A stretch of DNA of 64,000 bases. It comes from Macrostomum lignano (Eukaryota). The notes under the pieces are model-generated. The model worked only from the letters and a program-made list of their open reading frames with translations, did no database searches and was not told where the DNA came from. Position 1 is the first letter of the stretch, and every line of letters starts with the position of its first letter. Positions 49,201 through 64,000 of the stretch are shown here, piece by piece. The DNA is taken from NCBI GenBank assembly GCA_002269645.1, contig NIVC01000640.1:124001-188000 (forward strand). Direction: 5' to 3'. A program made the translations under genes and the position numbers.

Positions 49201-52200
49201 GATGTAGCAGAGCTGCTGAAGCAGCAGATGGAGTTGATGTAGCAGAGCTGCTGAAGCAGCAGATAGATTTGATGTAGCAGAGCTGCTGAAGCAGCAGATA
49301 GATTTGATGTAGCAGAGCTGCTGAAGCAGCAGATAGATTTGATGTAGCAGAGCTGCTGAAGCAGCAGATAGATTTGATGTAGCAGAGCTGCTGAAGCAGC
49401 AGATAGATTTGATGTAGCAGAGCTGCTGAAGCAGCAGATAGATTTGATGTAGCAGAGCTGCTGAAGCAGGGAGTCAAGAGACGTCTGCTTTTCCAAACTG
49501 ATCCCAGGCTCGCGTCTACAAAGCCGCCGATCTGTCGGAGCTGCACCGCTGCGACTGCTCAGCGGACAGCCAGGAACCGTGCGGCTCGGACTCGGACTGC
49601 ATGAACCGGGTGCTCTACTACGAATGCCACCCGGGCCTGTGCGCGGCCAAAGATCGCTGCCTTAATCAGCGATTTGTTAAACGAGAATATCCAACCCAGG
49701 CCGTGTTCAAGACTAACCAGGGCGGCCGAGGCTGGGGTCTCAAAGCTATGCAGGACATTGCTAAAGGCGAATTTGTCAATGAATACGTTGGCGATCTGAT
49801 TGACGAGGAGGAGGCCAAGAAACGGCTGAGCTGGGCTCACGATCATGGCGTCACTAACTTCTACATGCTCACGCTAGACAAGGTAAGGCCTATGGACCTG
49901 ATAGTTAAAGTAACCAGAATGCAACCGAGACCAAACCCAAACAGTTAAACACTGCATGAACCGAAACTTACCTAAGCAACATGAACCCAAACCCAAGCAA
50001 CCTGAACCCAGACCAGCCTGAGCAACCTGAACCCAAACCAGCCTGAGCAACCTGAACCCAAGAGTCTGAGCAACCTGAACCCAGACCAGCCTGGGCAACC
50101 TGAACCCAGACCAGCCTGAGCAACCTGAACCCCGACCAGCCTGGGCAACCTGAACCCAGACCAGCCTGAGCAACCTGAACCCAGACCAGCCTGAGCAACC
50201 TGAACCCAGACCAGCCTGAGCAACCTGAAACCAAACCAGCCTGAGCAACCTGAACCCAGACCAGCCTGAGCAACCTGAACCCCGACCAGCCTGGGCAACC
50301 TGAACCCAAACCAGCCCGAGCAACCTGAACCCAAACCAGCCTGAGCAACCTGAACCCAAACCAGCCTGAGCAACCTGAACCCAGACCAACCTGAGCAGCC
50401 TGAACCCAGACCAGCATACTCATTCCATCATCTCCCTCACCAGGGCCGGATTATCGACGCCGGGCCGAAGGGCAACCTGAGCCGCTTCATGAACCACAGC
50501 TGCTCGCCCAATCTGGTCACTCAGAAATGGTCAGTTAACGGCGACCTGCGCATCGGCCTATTCGCACTGCGGGACATCAAAGCCGGCGAAGAGCTCACCT
50601 TTAATTATAACTTTGAATGCCTGGGCGCTGAGAAACTCGCCTGTCAGTGTGGCGCCGAGAACTGCTCCGGCTTCTTGGGCGTCCGGCCACGCTCGTCCGC
50701 CAATCTTCTACGCGACGCTGCCGCTTCTTCCGGTGGTGGCGGTGGCGGCGGAGGCGACGGCGCCGAGTCGGGCAAGAAACGGCGCCGGACAAAAGGCGTC
50801 GCCAGTGGCACCACCGGAGCCGTGTGCAAGGTTGTGTACGAGGACACGTGTTATCGGTGAGTTATTTTTATAACGGGGGATTCAATTTAAAGAACTAGTG
50901 AATTGAAGGATTAAGGGACCTGCATCAAAGGATTAGGCTTGGTGCAAAGGATTCAGGGACCTGCGGCAAAGAATTAGGAGGCCTAGTGCAAAGGATTAGG
51001 GGACCTGTGGCAAAGGATTAGGAGGCCTGGTGCAAAGGATTAGGAGGCCTGGTGCAAAGGATTAGGGGACCTGTGGCAAAGAAATTAGGAGGCCTAGTGC
51101 AAAGGATTAGGAGGCCTGGTGCAAAGGATTAGGAGGCCTGTTGCAAAGGATTAGGAGACCTGTTGCAAAGGATTAGGGGACCTGCGGCAAAGAATTAGGG
51201 AGGCCTGGTGCAAAGGATTAGGAGACCTGTTGCAAAGGATTAGGTGGCCTGGTGCAAAGGATTAGGTGGCCTGTTGCAAAGGATTAGGAGGCCTGGTGCA
51301 AAGGATTAGGTGGCCTGTTGCAAAGGATTAGGAGGCCTGTTGCAAAGGATTAGAAGGCCTGGTGCAAAGGATTAGGAGGCCTGTTGCAAAGGATTAGGAG
51401 GCCTGTTGCAAAGGATTAGGGGACCTGCGGCAAAGGATTAGGAGGCCTGTTGCAAAGGATTAGAAGGCCTAGTGCAAAGGATTAGAAGGCCTAGTGCAAA
51501 GGATTAGGAGACCTGTTGCAAAGGATTAGGAGACCTGTTGCAAAGGATTAGGAGGCCTGGTGCAAAGGATTAGGTGTCCTGTTGCAAAGGATTAGGAGGT
51601 CTGTTGCAAAGGATTAGGAGGCCTGTTGCAAAGGATTAGGAGGCCTGTTGCAAAGGATTAGGAGGCCTGGTGCAAAGGATTAGGAGGCCTGTTGCAAAGA
51701 ATTAGGAGGCCTAGTGCAAAGGATTAGGGGACCTGTGGCAAAGGATTAGGAGGCCTGGTGCAAAGGATTAGGAGGCCTGGTGCAAAGGATTAGGGGACCT
51801 GTGGCAAAGAAATTAGGAGGCCTAGTGCAAAGGATTAGGAGGCCTGGTGCAAAGGATTAGGAGGCCTGTTGCAAAGGATTAGGAGACCTGTTGCAAAGGA
51901 TTAGGGGACCTGCGGCAAAGAATTAGGGAGGCCTGGTGCAAAGGATTAGGAGACCTGTTGCAAAGGATTAGGTGGCCTGGTGCAAAGGATTAGGTGGCCT
52001 GTTGCAAAGGATTAGGAGGCCTGGTGCAAAGGATTAGGTGGCCTGTTGCAAAGGATTAGGAGGCCTGTTGCAAAGGATTAGAAGGCCTGGTGCAAAGGAT
52101 TAGGAGGCCTGTTGCAAAGGATTAGGAGGCCTGTTGCAAAGGATTAGGGGACCTGCGGCAAAGGATTAGGAGGCCTGTTGCAAAGGATTAGAAGGCCTAG

Positions 52201-53127
52201 TGCAAAGGATTAGAAGGCCTAGTGCAAAGGATTAGGAGACCTGTTGCAAAGGATTAGGAGACCTGTTGCAAAGGATTAGGAGGCCTGGTGCAAAGGTAGG
52301 TGTCCTGTTGCAAAGGATTAGGAGGTCTGTTGCAAAGGATTAGGAGGCCTGTTGCAAAGGATTAGGAGGCCTGTTGCAAAGGATTAGGAGGCCTGGTGCA
52401 AAGGATTAGGAGGCCTGTTGCAAAGGATTAGGAGGCCTGGTGCAAAGGATTAGGAGGTCTGTTGCAAAGGATTAGGAGGCCTGTTGCAAAGGATTAGGAG
52501 GCCTGTTGCAAAGGATTAGGAGGCCTGGTGCAAAGGATTAGGAGGCCTGTTGCAAAGGAGTAGGAGGCCTGGTGCAAAGGATTAGGAGGCCTGTTGCAAA
52601 GGATTAGGAGGCCTGTTGCAAAGGATTAGGAGGCCTGGTGCAAAGGATTAGGAGGCCTGTTGCAAAGGATTGATGTCATGCTTTTTGCAGCGAAGCACGC
52701 ACGAGAAAACAACAACCAAAGCTATATAATTGCATTGTTGTTTATTTCTATGGATATTAAAACGGCAATCAAGATGGGATGAAACTATCACCCTTCATTG
52801 TACCGCAGCTGCTGCGACGGTGGCGAAATGATCATGTGCGACAAGGAGGCCTGCCCCAAGGTGTACCACCTTGGCTGCCTGGGTCTGTCCAAAGCCCCAT
52901 CCGGCAAGTGGTACTGCCCGTGGCACCATTGCGACGAGTGCGGCCGCCCGGCCACGGTGCTGTGCTCCGAGTGTCCCGGTTCCTACTGCGCTGAGCACGC
53001 CGACAGTCGAATCTTCCAGATGCCGGCTGGTACAGCTGCCGGCGGTGGCGTCATCAACGTGTGTTGCGAGCACGACGACCTTCTGGTGGCCTATCAGGCC
53101 TCCGAAGGCAAGGAGAATGGAGACTGA
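44590..53127 (+). CDS. NSD: NSD/Mes-4 family histone H3K36 methyltransferase, ~1073 aa, 5 exons
   Basis: Exons 44590-46209, 48083-48577, 49508-49882, 50444-50856, 52809-53127 (GT-AG, phases 0,0,0,2). Domains: PWWP ([11 protein letters not shown]), PHD1-4, PWWP2 ([11 protein letters not shown]), AWS, SET ([29 protein letters not shown]), post-SET ([10 protein letters not shown]), PHD5-C5HCH. Confidence 0.96.
46361..46704 (-). mobile_element. tRNA-derived SINE (family B)
   Basis: The reverse complement starts GGCGGTCGTAGCCCAGTAGTCTAG...CCCAGGCTCGATTCC (A/B boxes); the body matches 32150-32420. Confidence 0.82.
47141..47745. mobile_element. Tc1/mariner-type non-autonomous element (MITE), 605 bp, ~170-200 bp inverted arms
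   Basis: TA|CGAGGGTTGTCCCAGAAATAG ... CTATTTCTGGGACAACCCTCG|TA. Arms 47141-47339 and 47578-47745 are reverse complements apart from an indel. Confidence 0.88.
48083..48577 (+). CDS. NSD: NSD exon 2 (PHD4, PWWP2)
   Basis: cag|[19 protein letters not shown]...NYPFGN|gtgag, 495 bp. Confidence 0.95.
48645..49092. repeat. 36-bp minisatellite (NSD intron 2, first array)
   Basis: Unit GGGTAGCAGGCCTCTGAATGACTGAGAGGGAGTTTT. Confidence 0.95.
49095..49470. repeat. 35-bp minisatellite (NSD intron 2, second array)
   Basis: Unit TGATGTAGCAGAGCTGCTGAAGCAGCAGATAGATT. Confidence 0.95.
49508..49882 (+). CDS. NSD: NSD exon 3 (AWS, SET-N)
   Basis: cag|[17 protein letters not shown]...FYMLTLDK|gtaag, 375 bp. 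Confidence 0.95.
49975..50414. repeat. 25-bp minisatellite (NSD intron 3)
   Basis: Unit CCTGAACCCAGACCAGCCTGAGCAA. Confidence 0.95.
50444..50856 (+). CDS. NSD: NSD exon 4 (SET-C, post-SET)
   Basis: cag|[20 protein letters not shown]...EDTCY+CG|gtgag. Confidence 0.95.
50903..52670. repeat. 22-bp minisatellite (NSD intron 4)
   Basis: Unit CAAAGGATTAGGAGGCCTG(T/G)TG. Confidence 0.96.
52809..53127 (+). CDS. NSD: NSD exon 5 (PHD5-C5HCH)
   Basis: cag|C+[23 protein letters not shown]...CCEH...GD*; AATAAA at 53865-53870. Confidence 0.93.
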
Positions 53128-53224
53128 AGCTGCGAGCAGTTTCCGTAAAGCACTCGGGAGGCTGCTTAAACCTGGGGGATCAAGGGTTCCAATGACACAA
53201 TGACTGATGTCAAAGTAAGCAAAT

Positions 53225-53722
53225 CCTTTGACCCAATGACCGGGTAGTAAAAGAGATCCTATGACCCAATGACGGGGGGTCAAATGGATCCTATGACCCA
53301 ATGACGGGGTGTCAAATGGATCCTATAACCCAATGACCGGGGATTAAATGGATCCTATGACCCAATGACCGGGGATCAAATGGATCCTATGACCCAATGA
53401 TGGGGTGTCAAATGGATCCTATGACCCAATGACCGGGGGGGTCAAATGGATCCTATAACCCAATGACGGGGTGTCAACTAGATCCATGACTCAATGACCG
53501 GTGGTCAAATGGATCCTATGACCCAATGACGGGGGGGGTCAAATGGATCCTATGACCCAATGACGGGGGGTCAAATGGATCCTATGACCCAATGACTGGG
53601 TGTCAAATGGATCCTATGACCTAATGACGGGGGGTCAAATAAATCCTATGACCCAATGACGGGGTGTCAAATGGATCCTATGACCCAATGACCGGAGGGG
53701 GGGGGTCAAATGAATCCTACAA
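53225..53722. repeat. ~32-bp minisatellite downstream of the NSD stop
   Basis: Unit CAAATGGATCCTATGACCCAATGACGGGG(G/T)GT. Confidence 0.92.
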
Positions 53723-54021
53723 CCTGTTTAATCAGTGAGCCTACGAAATGAGCCGGTACTCAGTTGGTTTATCAGTGAAATCTATTGACTATGAGCTAGT
53801 AGATGGAGCTCGAATCGGTTCAATAGTGCCGGTTGTAGAACTTATATTAGAAAGGCCACTGACTAATAAAACTTGCGCTCTGTACTCGTGTTCTATTGTA
53901 TTGCGCAGCATTTGGCCCGTTAAAAATTTGTTACCTTTTAATAATATTACTGTTATTTTTTTAATTTCTTGTCCGTTTTATTTAACCGCCTGTGTCCGGT
54001 GGACTATTGTGTTTCCCGGTC

Positions 54022-54130
<109 letters not shown>

Positions 54131-54839
54131 CCTGTGTTATGCCGCATTTTTATGTTCATTGTAATTTCTCTTGTACATACTAGCTATTGCTGTTTAGAAA
54201 CAAGCGCTGGCCAGTGTTGTTTTTCAACTTGCTATTCTGACTTGGCAATTTACAAAATTAATCGCGTTATTATTAGCCTTATTATCAGCTGATTGGCTGT
54301 TTTAATCTTAATCTTGCTTGCAATAAGTAATGTACTATAAGCACTACTTGACTCAGTAGTGTGATCAATAATTGCACTTGAACTTGTGAGTTTGTGACCC
54401 TATATTTGTATGCTAGTTACTTAATTAATAATCCAGTCCCCTTACCTTGCTTGCATCTCACTGGCTGTTGATTTTTTTATTTCTATTCGGGCGCACGCTA
54501 AACGGGTCGGTCTATGTACATTGTCTCTAGCTGCTGTGTACAAAGTGAAGTTATCAACTCTCTTTTAATGGCATTGTTCAACTAATTTAGTTTTTTTAGC
54601 TTGGCATTCGGTTCCACCCAGTCATTGAATTATAAATATAAAAGCAATCATAATTTATAAATGTGAGCACGAAACCTTTTTTGGATTGCTAGTCTGACTT
54701 TGCTTGTTCTTTGCATTACGCCCGGATCGATACGCTCGTAGCTCACGCTCGGTTTTTCTTTAAGCGTCAGAATCGCGGTGCCATTTTTGGTATCAGTTGA
54801 AAAGTTCAAAATCAAATAAGCTACAAAATCTCTACCCTA

Positions 54840-55946
54840 CTTGACGGTAGGGCGGTCCGAAGACGCAGCGGGTAGGCGAGCGTCGCCCATTCAACCAATA
54901 AAGGGCGCGGGGAGGTCTGTCGAGCCTGTCTGCAGCGTGGTCTTTAGTGGGGAAGACGGAGGCTCTCGTTTGGTAGCCCGGAGGAACCGGATGAGCCGTG
55001 AGTTGTTCTCGGGCCGGCAAAGCATCGTCCAGGGGCCCCGAGGTAGTGGAGCCGGTCTCGGTTGAAGGCCGGGCAGTAGCAGACGAAGTACTTAGCGTCT
55101 TCGTTCTCAAGGTTGCAGAAGGGGCAGAGTTCACTCCGGCGATCGCCTCGGAGGAACCAGTGCCTGCCGAAGCAACCGTGACCTGTGAAGGTCATAGTGA
55201 GAGTGGTCACATCTTTTCGATATTGGTTCAAAAGGAGTCTCCGCAGCTTGAGGGACGGGTTGGGCACTGCCGCTCGAGATTGGCGGCAGTCGGGAATGCC
55301 GTCAGGGTGGGCGGTCGGAGACTCTTAGCGAGGGAGTCGGCGAGCTCGTTACCCTTTGAAACCGGCGTTGTGCAAGTGCTTGAAAGTGCTGATTGCGAGG
55401 ACTTCGTTTTGGAAAACACAGGAGAGTCTACCATGTGTTGGGCGCGAGTGGCATGTGTTGGGCGTGAGTGGCGATCACGCGACCGTTGATAAGGATGCAG
55501 ACTCCACAGCCGGATGTACCGTCTTTGAAGGATCCGTCAGTGAAGCAGTGGACCTCCTGGAGGGCCCAGCTGTCGTCAGCGTTCTACCTGGAGGGGATAG
55601 TGACCTTGTAGCGTTGGTAGAGATTGAGCCGCGCTCCCACTCTCGTCCAGAACTTTAAGGCACAGGTCAGAGTGCGACAGGAGCTTGCGATCCGCCATCA
55701 CTCTCTGCGGCTAAAACCAACGCCAGCTTCGATGAGCCGTCGAGTAGTTTTGGCTACTTTTCCTCGTGGCGGACGAATATGTTCAGGGGCGAGAGGCAGT
55801 CGAAGAAGGCGTTTGAGGCCATCAAAAGGAGCAGAGAGCGGGGCTTTCAGGATCATGCGGTCCCCTGCACTTTTTTTGAGGGCCTCGGGGCAGGTTTTAA
55901 TCTGCAAGGCACTGGTCCAGACCAGTCCAGTGTGGGTAACAATCTC
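54840..55946 (-). mobile_element. 5'-truncated, degenerate non-LTR retrotransposon (I-group, RNase H + CCHC 3' end)
   Basis: The minus strand encodes, with frameshifts and stops, VWTSAL..FDGLKRLLRLP, RNase H HCFTDGS / VFQNEVLAI / GNELADSLAK, and a C-terminal TGHG..CPFC..YFVCYCPAF knuckle. It is flanked by the direct repeat TCTCTACCCTA (54829-54839, 55947-55957). Confidence 0.85.
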
Positions 55947-57429
55947 TCTCTACCCTAGCATGCTGAGCCTCTCCAACCCACAGAAATCGGCAGACTCTGA
56001 ATTCAAGTTGATGTATCATGACACGCGCTATGACACAAAAAAGTTTTTGAGACGCCGGCTACACTTTGTCGTGTCATATGTACATGTACATGTACATGCT
56101 CTTGTATTATTTAGCGAAAGATACATGTATAAGTATAAGCCACTGCATAGACATGTTGGACTTCGAATTTCAAATTTAACTAGCACCTGTTACGCATTTT
56201 GTCCAAGGTAGATACGCGTGTTCGGTTTAGTCAAGCTATCCGTGTGGATAAAATTGGAATTATTGACACGGCTTATAGACTTGAATGGTTGCAGCTATTT
56301 CAATAAGCTGCCACGGGGATAAGCTGGAAGTTATTGACACTGATCCGTGTGGATAAAATTGGAATTATCGGCACGGGACCGTGGGGATAAGCACTTCCAT
56401 TATTAAATGTTCCCCTAGACCGGCAAGCAAGCTAAGTTTCAGACAAATCGTGTAAGTGTAGAGTAAGAGGATTGTGTATAAGGTAAGATGATACAATATG
56501 TATAGACTAAGATACCTACATTCATAGGGTGGAGATATGTATAGGGTGAGACATGTACATGGTGAGATATTGTCAGTTTAGTGCTGAAAACTGAAGACTT
56601 TTGTCTCGCTAATGTATTCGATGAGAAATAGATGGCCGCCAGTGAAATTCGAACGAGTTTCGAGTACAGCCTCGTCTATCTAACTGTTGTCCATATGGTT
56701 TGAATTGGCTTTAGTGTATATGTACGGGTCTATTTGATTTTACAACATGCCATTAATCAACCATCTGGATTCGATCGCGTACGATGTATGCATGTTAGAC
56801 GATAGCCGACAAAGTACATCTATAGTATCCTGGATCACAGGTAACCCCAAGAAGATGACGTTGTTGACAGAGTGGGCACAGCTGTGTATTACGTTGATAA
56901 CGGATGGTTATAATAACTTAATACGAATATCGGAGTGCAAAACTTTTGCTTGGCCAAGAATTCAAAAGTGCACTAAATGGCCCGTATCGAACAGCTGTTC
57001 TGCCATTACGATGTACATACGATGTACATGTACGCATGTAATAAATTCCTGCACCGCACCCATAAAGCACTTGGAGTATTGAATGCCCCCAACATTCTAG
57101 CTATGGCCTGCAGCATGTGGAATTCAGATGAATTCACATACGAGAGGGTATAGTTAGCTACATATTTAGTATACAGGATTCCTGCATGCGTGTTGATCAC
57201 CAATATAGGCCTGTCGGCTTTTAAAAACGAAAGCGGTATACCAACGAGAAAATACTCGTTATATAACGAGTAGTCTAATATCTACTCGTATCTGTAAGGA
57301 TTAAAATGTCACAATAATAATAAATATATGAGCTTTATAACTCTTTTACACTCTACTGTATGGCCGGCTAGGTTGTCCACAGATACTAAACACCCTATGG
57401 ATGCTTCACTCAGCACCATCCTTATGTAT

Positions 57430-57640
57430 TGTAAGAGCCGAGAATTTAGAGTAAGTTTACGAAGTATATTTTGATGCACGATAATTTACGAGCGATTAAA
57501 TAGTCAGCGATGATAGATCGATTAAAGTGACTCACCCAACTGGAGTGGTGGGCATGTACAGAGAAGAAAGCGAGATGCAAGTAAATATACTAATAGAGCA
57601 GCCCCCCACCCCGACGGCCCAAACCAAACGCAACCCTACA
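57430..57640 (-). mobile_element. Gypsy 3' LTR (~211 bp)
   Basis: On the minus strand a polypurine tract GGGGGAGAGTGA is followed by TGTAGGG... and ends ...CTCTTACA (TGTA/TACA termini), just downstream of the pol stop. The left boundary cannot be confirmed without the 5' LTR. Confidence 0.6.
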
Positions 57641-57749
57641 TCACTCTCCCCCAAGAAAAATACATGGGATAAAAAAACGGGATAAAACAAAAGCAAACAA
57701 AAAAAAGTTCATGCAACGCGAAAAAAGTCCCGATCAAAAAGAAAGCACG

Positions 57750-60730
57750 TCAACAGGTCGCCGTGTAAAAATCCGGCCGCCGGCGCTGCCTGCCCGACCG
57801 GCGCACCGTGTTGCCGGGTTCAGCCGCGTCCAGGTTGCGCAGCGGCTCCCAGGCGTCCGGGCCGGCCAGCTGGCCCGCGGCGTCCTCGACGCTCTGACAG
57901 TCGTCCTCGGTGGCCGGCTTGGCTGGTGGCCTGCCGCTCAGATTCGGTCGGTCGATAAAGCGCTTCAAGCGGTCGTGGTGGACCAGCAAGCGGCGCCTGC
58001 CGTTCACAGCCTGCAGCCGGTAGTTCACAGGGCTGACCTTCTTAAGGACGATGAACGGGCCGGACCACCGGTTCGACAGTGACTTGCACTGGCCGCGCTT
58101 CATCGCATGGTGCGTCAGCATCACTCGGTCACCGGTCTTGAAGTCGGTAGTCTCTGCCCCTAGGTTGTAGAACTCGTGCTGCGATTTCTGGGCCGTGTGC
58201 AGGTGCGCCCGCACTACCTGAAAGCCGCGCCTGATTCTCGCCTGCAGGTCCGCGCAGTCCTGCGGCTGGTCGCGCTGCCCACCGAGTGCCAAGTCGACCG
58301 GCAGTCTGGGCTCGATGCCGCGTAGCACTTTGAACGGCGACTCGCCCGTGGAGCTGTGCTCAGAGCTGTTGTAGGCCCACACGACATAGGGCAGCAGGGC
58401 GTCCCAGCTGGCCTGATTCTCTGAGCAGAATGCGGAGAGCATGTTGCCCAGCGTCCTATTGAACCTCTCGACGTTCCCGTTGCCGCTGGGGTGAAACGGT
58501 GAGGTCCTCGATTTTTCTGCTCCGAGCAGCGCGCAGGTCTGCTTGAAAACTTCGGCCTCAAACTGGCGACCTTGGTCCGAGTGCACGACCTCCGGAACTC
58601 CGTGCCGCAGCACCACACAGGTCACCAGAGCCTCGGCTACCGTCTTGGCGTCGATCTGGCTGAGGGCCGCCGCCTCCACCCACTTTGAAAATGTGTCGAC
58701 AAAGCAGATGATGTAGCGCTTGCCAGACTCGGTGACTGGCAGTGGGCCCTTGATGTCGAGTTGCATGACAGCCCACGGCTTGGCCGGTAGCGGCTGCCGC
58801 ACCAGCTCAGCGCGCGCTCGCTTTGGCGCTCCCTTGCGTCGTTGGCAGACCAGGCAGCTCCGCACCCAGTCCTGCACGTCCTCGCGCATGTCCGGCCACC
58901 AGGAACGCTCGCGCAGAGCCCGCAGCACCCGCCGCTGTCCGAGGTGACCCGCGCTCGGCCGGTCGTGCGCCTGGTGCAGCAGCTCCGCTCTCATGTGCTG
59001 GGGGATCACCGGCAACCCATTGTGGAGCAGTGCGCCGTCCGGTGACAGCGTCAGACAGGGCAGCAGCTTCTGGACCGACGCACTCACCGCCGCCGGAACT
59101 TGAAAGTTGGACTGGAGCATCGCGTGCCGAACCGCGTGCAGAACCTGGTCCTGGTCCTGCTCGTCAGGCAGATTAGCGATCTGGAACTGCACCGCCGCTG
59201 CTCGGCTGAGGGTGTCTGGCACGATGTTCTCCTTGCCGGGCCGGTACAGGATTTCCAGGGGGAACTCCTGAATGAGCTGTAGCCAACGTGCCAGCCGACC
59301 GGTTGGCTCCTTCGCGTTGAGCAGCCCAGTGATCGGCTTGTGGTCGGTGAACACCTGGATCTTGCAGCTGTTGCTCAGGTACATGCGGAACTGCTTGAGG
59401 CTCCAAACAATCGCGAGCAGCTCCCGGTCCGTGGTGCTGTAGTTGCGCTCTGCCTTGCTCAGCGTCCGGGAAGCGTAGGCCACTGGCAGCTCCTGGCCGT
59501 CGCGCTCCTGGCTGAGCACCGCACCCAAGGCCACGGCACTGCTGTCACAGCTGATGACGATAGGCCGGCTGAAGTCGGGCAGCTGGAGCACCGGGGCCTG
59601 GGTCAGCGCGTCCTTCAACTTTTTCAGCACCGCAGCATGCTCTGACGTCCACACGAAGCCGCCGCCCGCGCCTTTCTGAGCCAGGTGATGCAGCGGTTTG
59701 GCAATGTCAGAGAAGTTTGGCACGAACCTGCGGTAGAAGCTGAGCATGCCGATGATGCGTCGAACATCCTCCTCAGACTGCGGCTCCGGCATCCGCCTGA
59801 TCGCCTCGACCTTCTCCGCGGCAGGTGCGATGCCGCTCTCAGAGACTTGGTGACCCAGGTACGTGACGCTCCGGTAGGCAAAGAAGCTCTTGCCTGGGTT
59901 CAGCTTCAGCTTGGCAGACCGCAGTCGATGCAGCACCTTGGACAGTGACTGAACGTGGCTCTCAAAGTCCCTGTTGAAGATGATCAGGTCATCAATGTAC
60001 GCGATGACCTCTTCCCAGCTCAGGCCGGTCATGATGAGCTCCATCATTCGCTGGTACGTCGCAGGCGCGTTGCACATGCCGAATCCCATTTTGCGGAATT
60101 GCATCAGGCCGCTCGGAGTGTAGAACGCTGTCAACGGCCGATCCTCCTCTCTGACCTCCACCTGAAGGAAGCCTTGGCGCATGTCGATCGTAGAGAACCA
60201 TGAGCAGCCAGCCAAGGAGTCGAGCGCTTGGTGCAAATGCGGCAGCGGGTGGGCGTCCTTCACTGTGAGGTTGTTCAGCGCCCGCCAGTCTACACAGACT
60301 CGGATGTCATTATTCTTCTTTCTGACGATTATCAGGTTGCTCGCCCACGGGCTGGTGGAGGGCTCGATGACGCCGTGTTGTCGCATCTGCTCCAGCTTCT
60401 CGTCCACTTGCCTCCTGAAGGCGTGAGGCACCCGCCGAGGCCGTTGGCGAATCGGGCGAGCGCCGTCGTCCAGCTCAATCTTGTGCTGCGCTGCGCTGCT
60501 CGTACCAACGTCGAACTCATGGACTGAGACCACGTCGGCAAATGCCCTCAGCAGCATTGCTAAACGGTTGCTGTCCTCCTCCGGCAGCTCCGGATTGATG
60601 TTGAACTGGTCTGCGGGGCCTCGCCACTCGTGCACGTCCTCGTCCTCGTCGATAACCTCCGCGCTCTCGAAGGTGCCGATGCTCTGGTTGGAGAACAGCG
60701 TGACCGGGCTGCAGCTGAGGTTGCACACCT
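57750..60730 (-). mobile_element. Ty3/Gypsy LTR retrotransposon pol (RT-RNase H-integrase), 5' part displaced by a LINE insertion
   Basis: Uninterrupted frame: PSTSPWAS, CVDWRALN, AYIDDLII, YLGH, CDSS, YSTTDRELLAI, TDHKP, HHCC zinc motif, LDIKGP / SDQGRQF / NVERFN (DDE), WSGPF. The RT-RH-IN order indicates Gypsy; gag and protease are absent from the window. Confidence 0.95.
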
Positions 60731-60732
60731 GA

Positions 60733-64000
<3,268 letters not shown>

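Noticed and set aside
50903-52670. TTAGG/TTAGGG words suggesting interstitial telomere
   Set aside because: They occur once per 22-bp unit and are never tandem.

Overview
Eukaryotic (animal) genomic DNA with very GC-rich exons and introns filled by tandem repeats. The style resembles the flatworm Macrostomum lignano, but this is an inference from composition only. Four protein-coding genes can be reconstructed with GT-AG, phase-consistent exons. (1) An intronless multiple-cysteine-cluster Toll-like receptor (128-2758, +). (2) An SK/KCNN small-conductance Ca-activated K+ channel (about 10908-34599, -, at least 8 exons; first and last exon boundaries uncertain). (3) A coiled-coil, CCDC160-like gene (37738-40643, -, 3 exons). 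(4) An NSD/Mes-4-family H3K36 methyltransferase (44590-53127, +, 5 exons), divergent from gene 3 across a ~4 kb AT-rich spacer studded with TAGGCCTA palindromes. The right end is a retroelement nest: a 5'-truncated LINE with an 11-bp TSD, a Gypsy 3' LTR plus uninterrupted RT-RH-IN, and an antisense APE-RT-RNase H LINE inserted into it and running off the window. There are also two tRNA-derived SINE families (one with a MIR/CORE-like domain), two mariner-type MITEs and about 25 distinct micro/minisatellite arrays. Most long ORFs in the supplied track are artefacts of these arrays or shadows of GC-rich exons.
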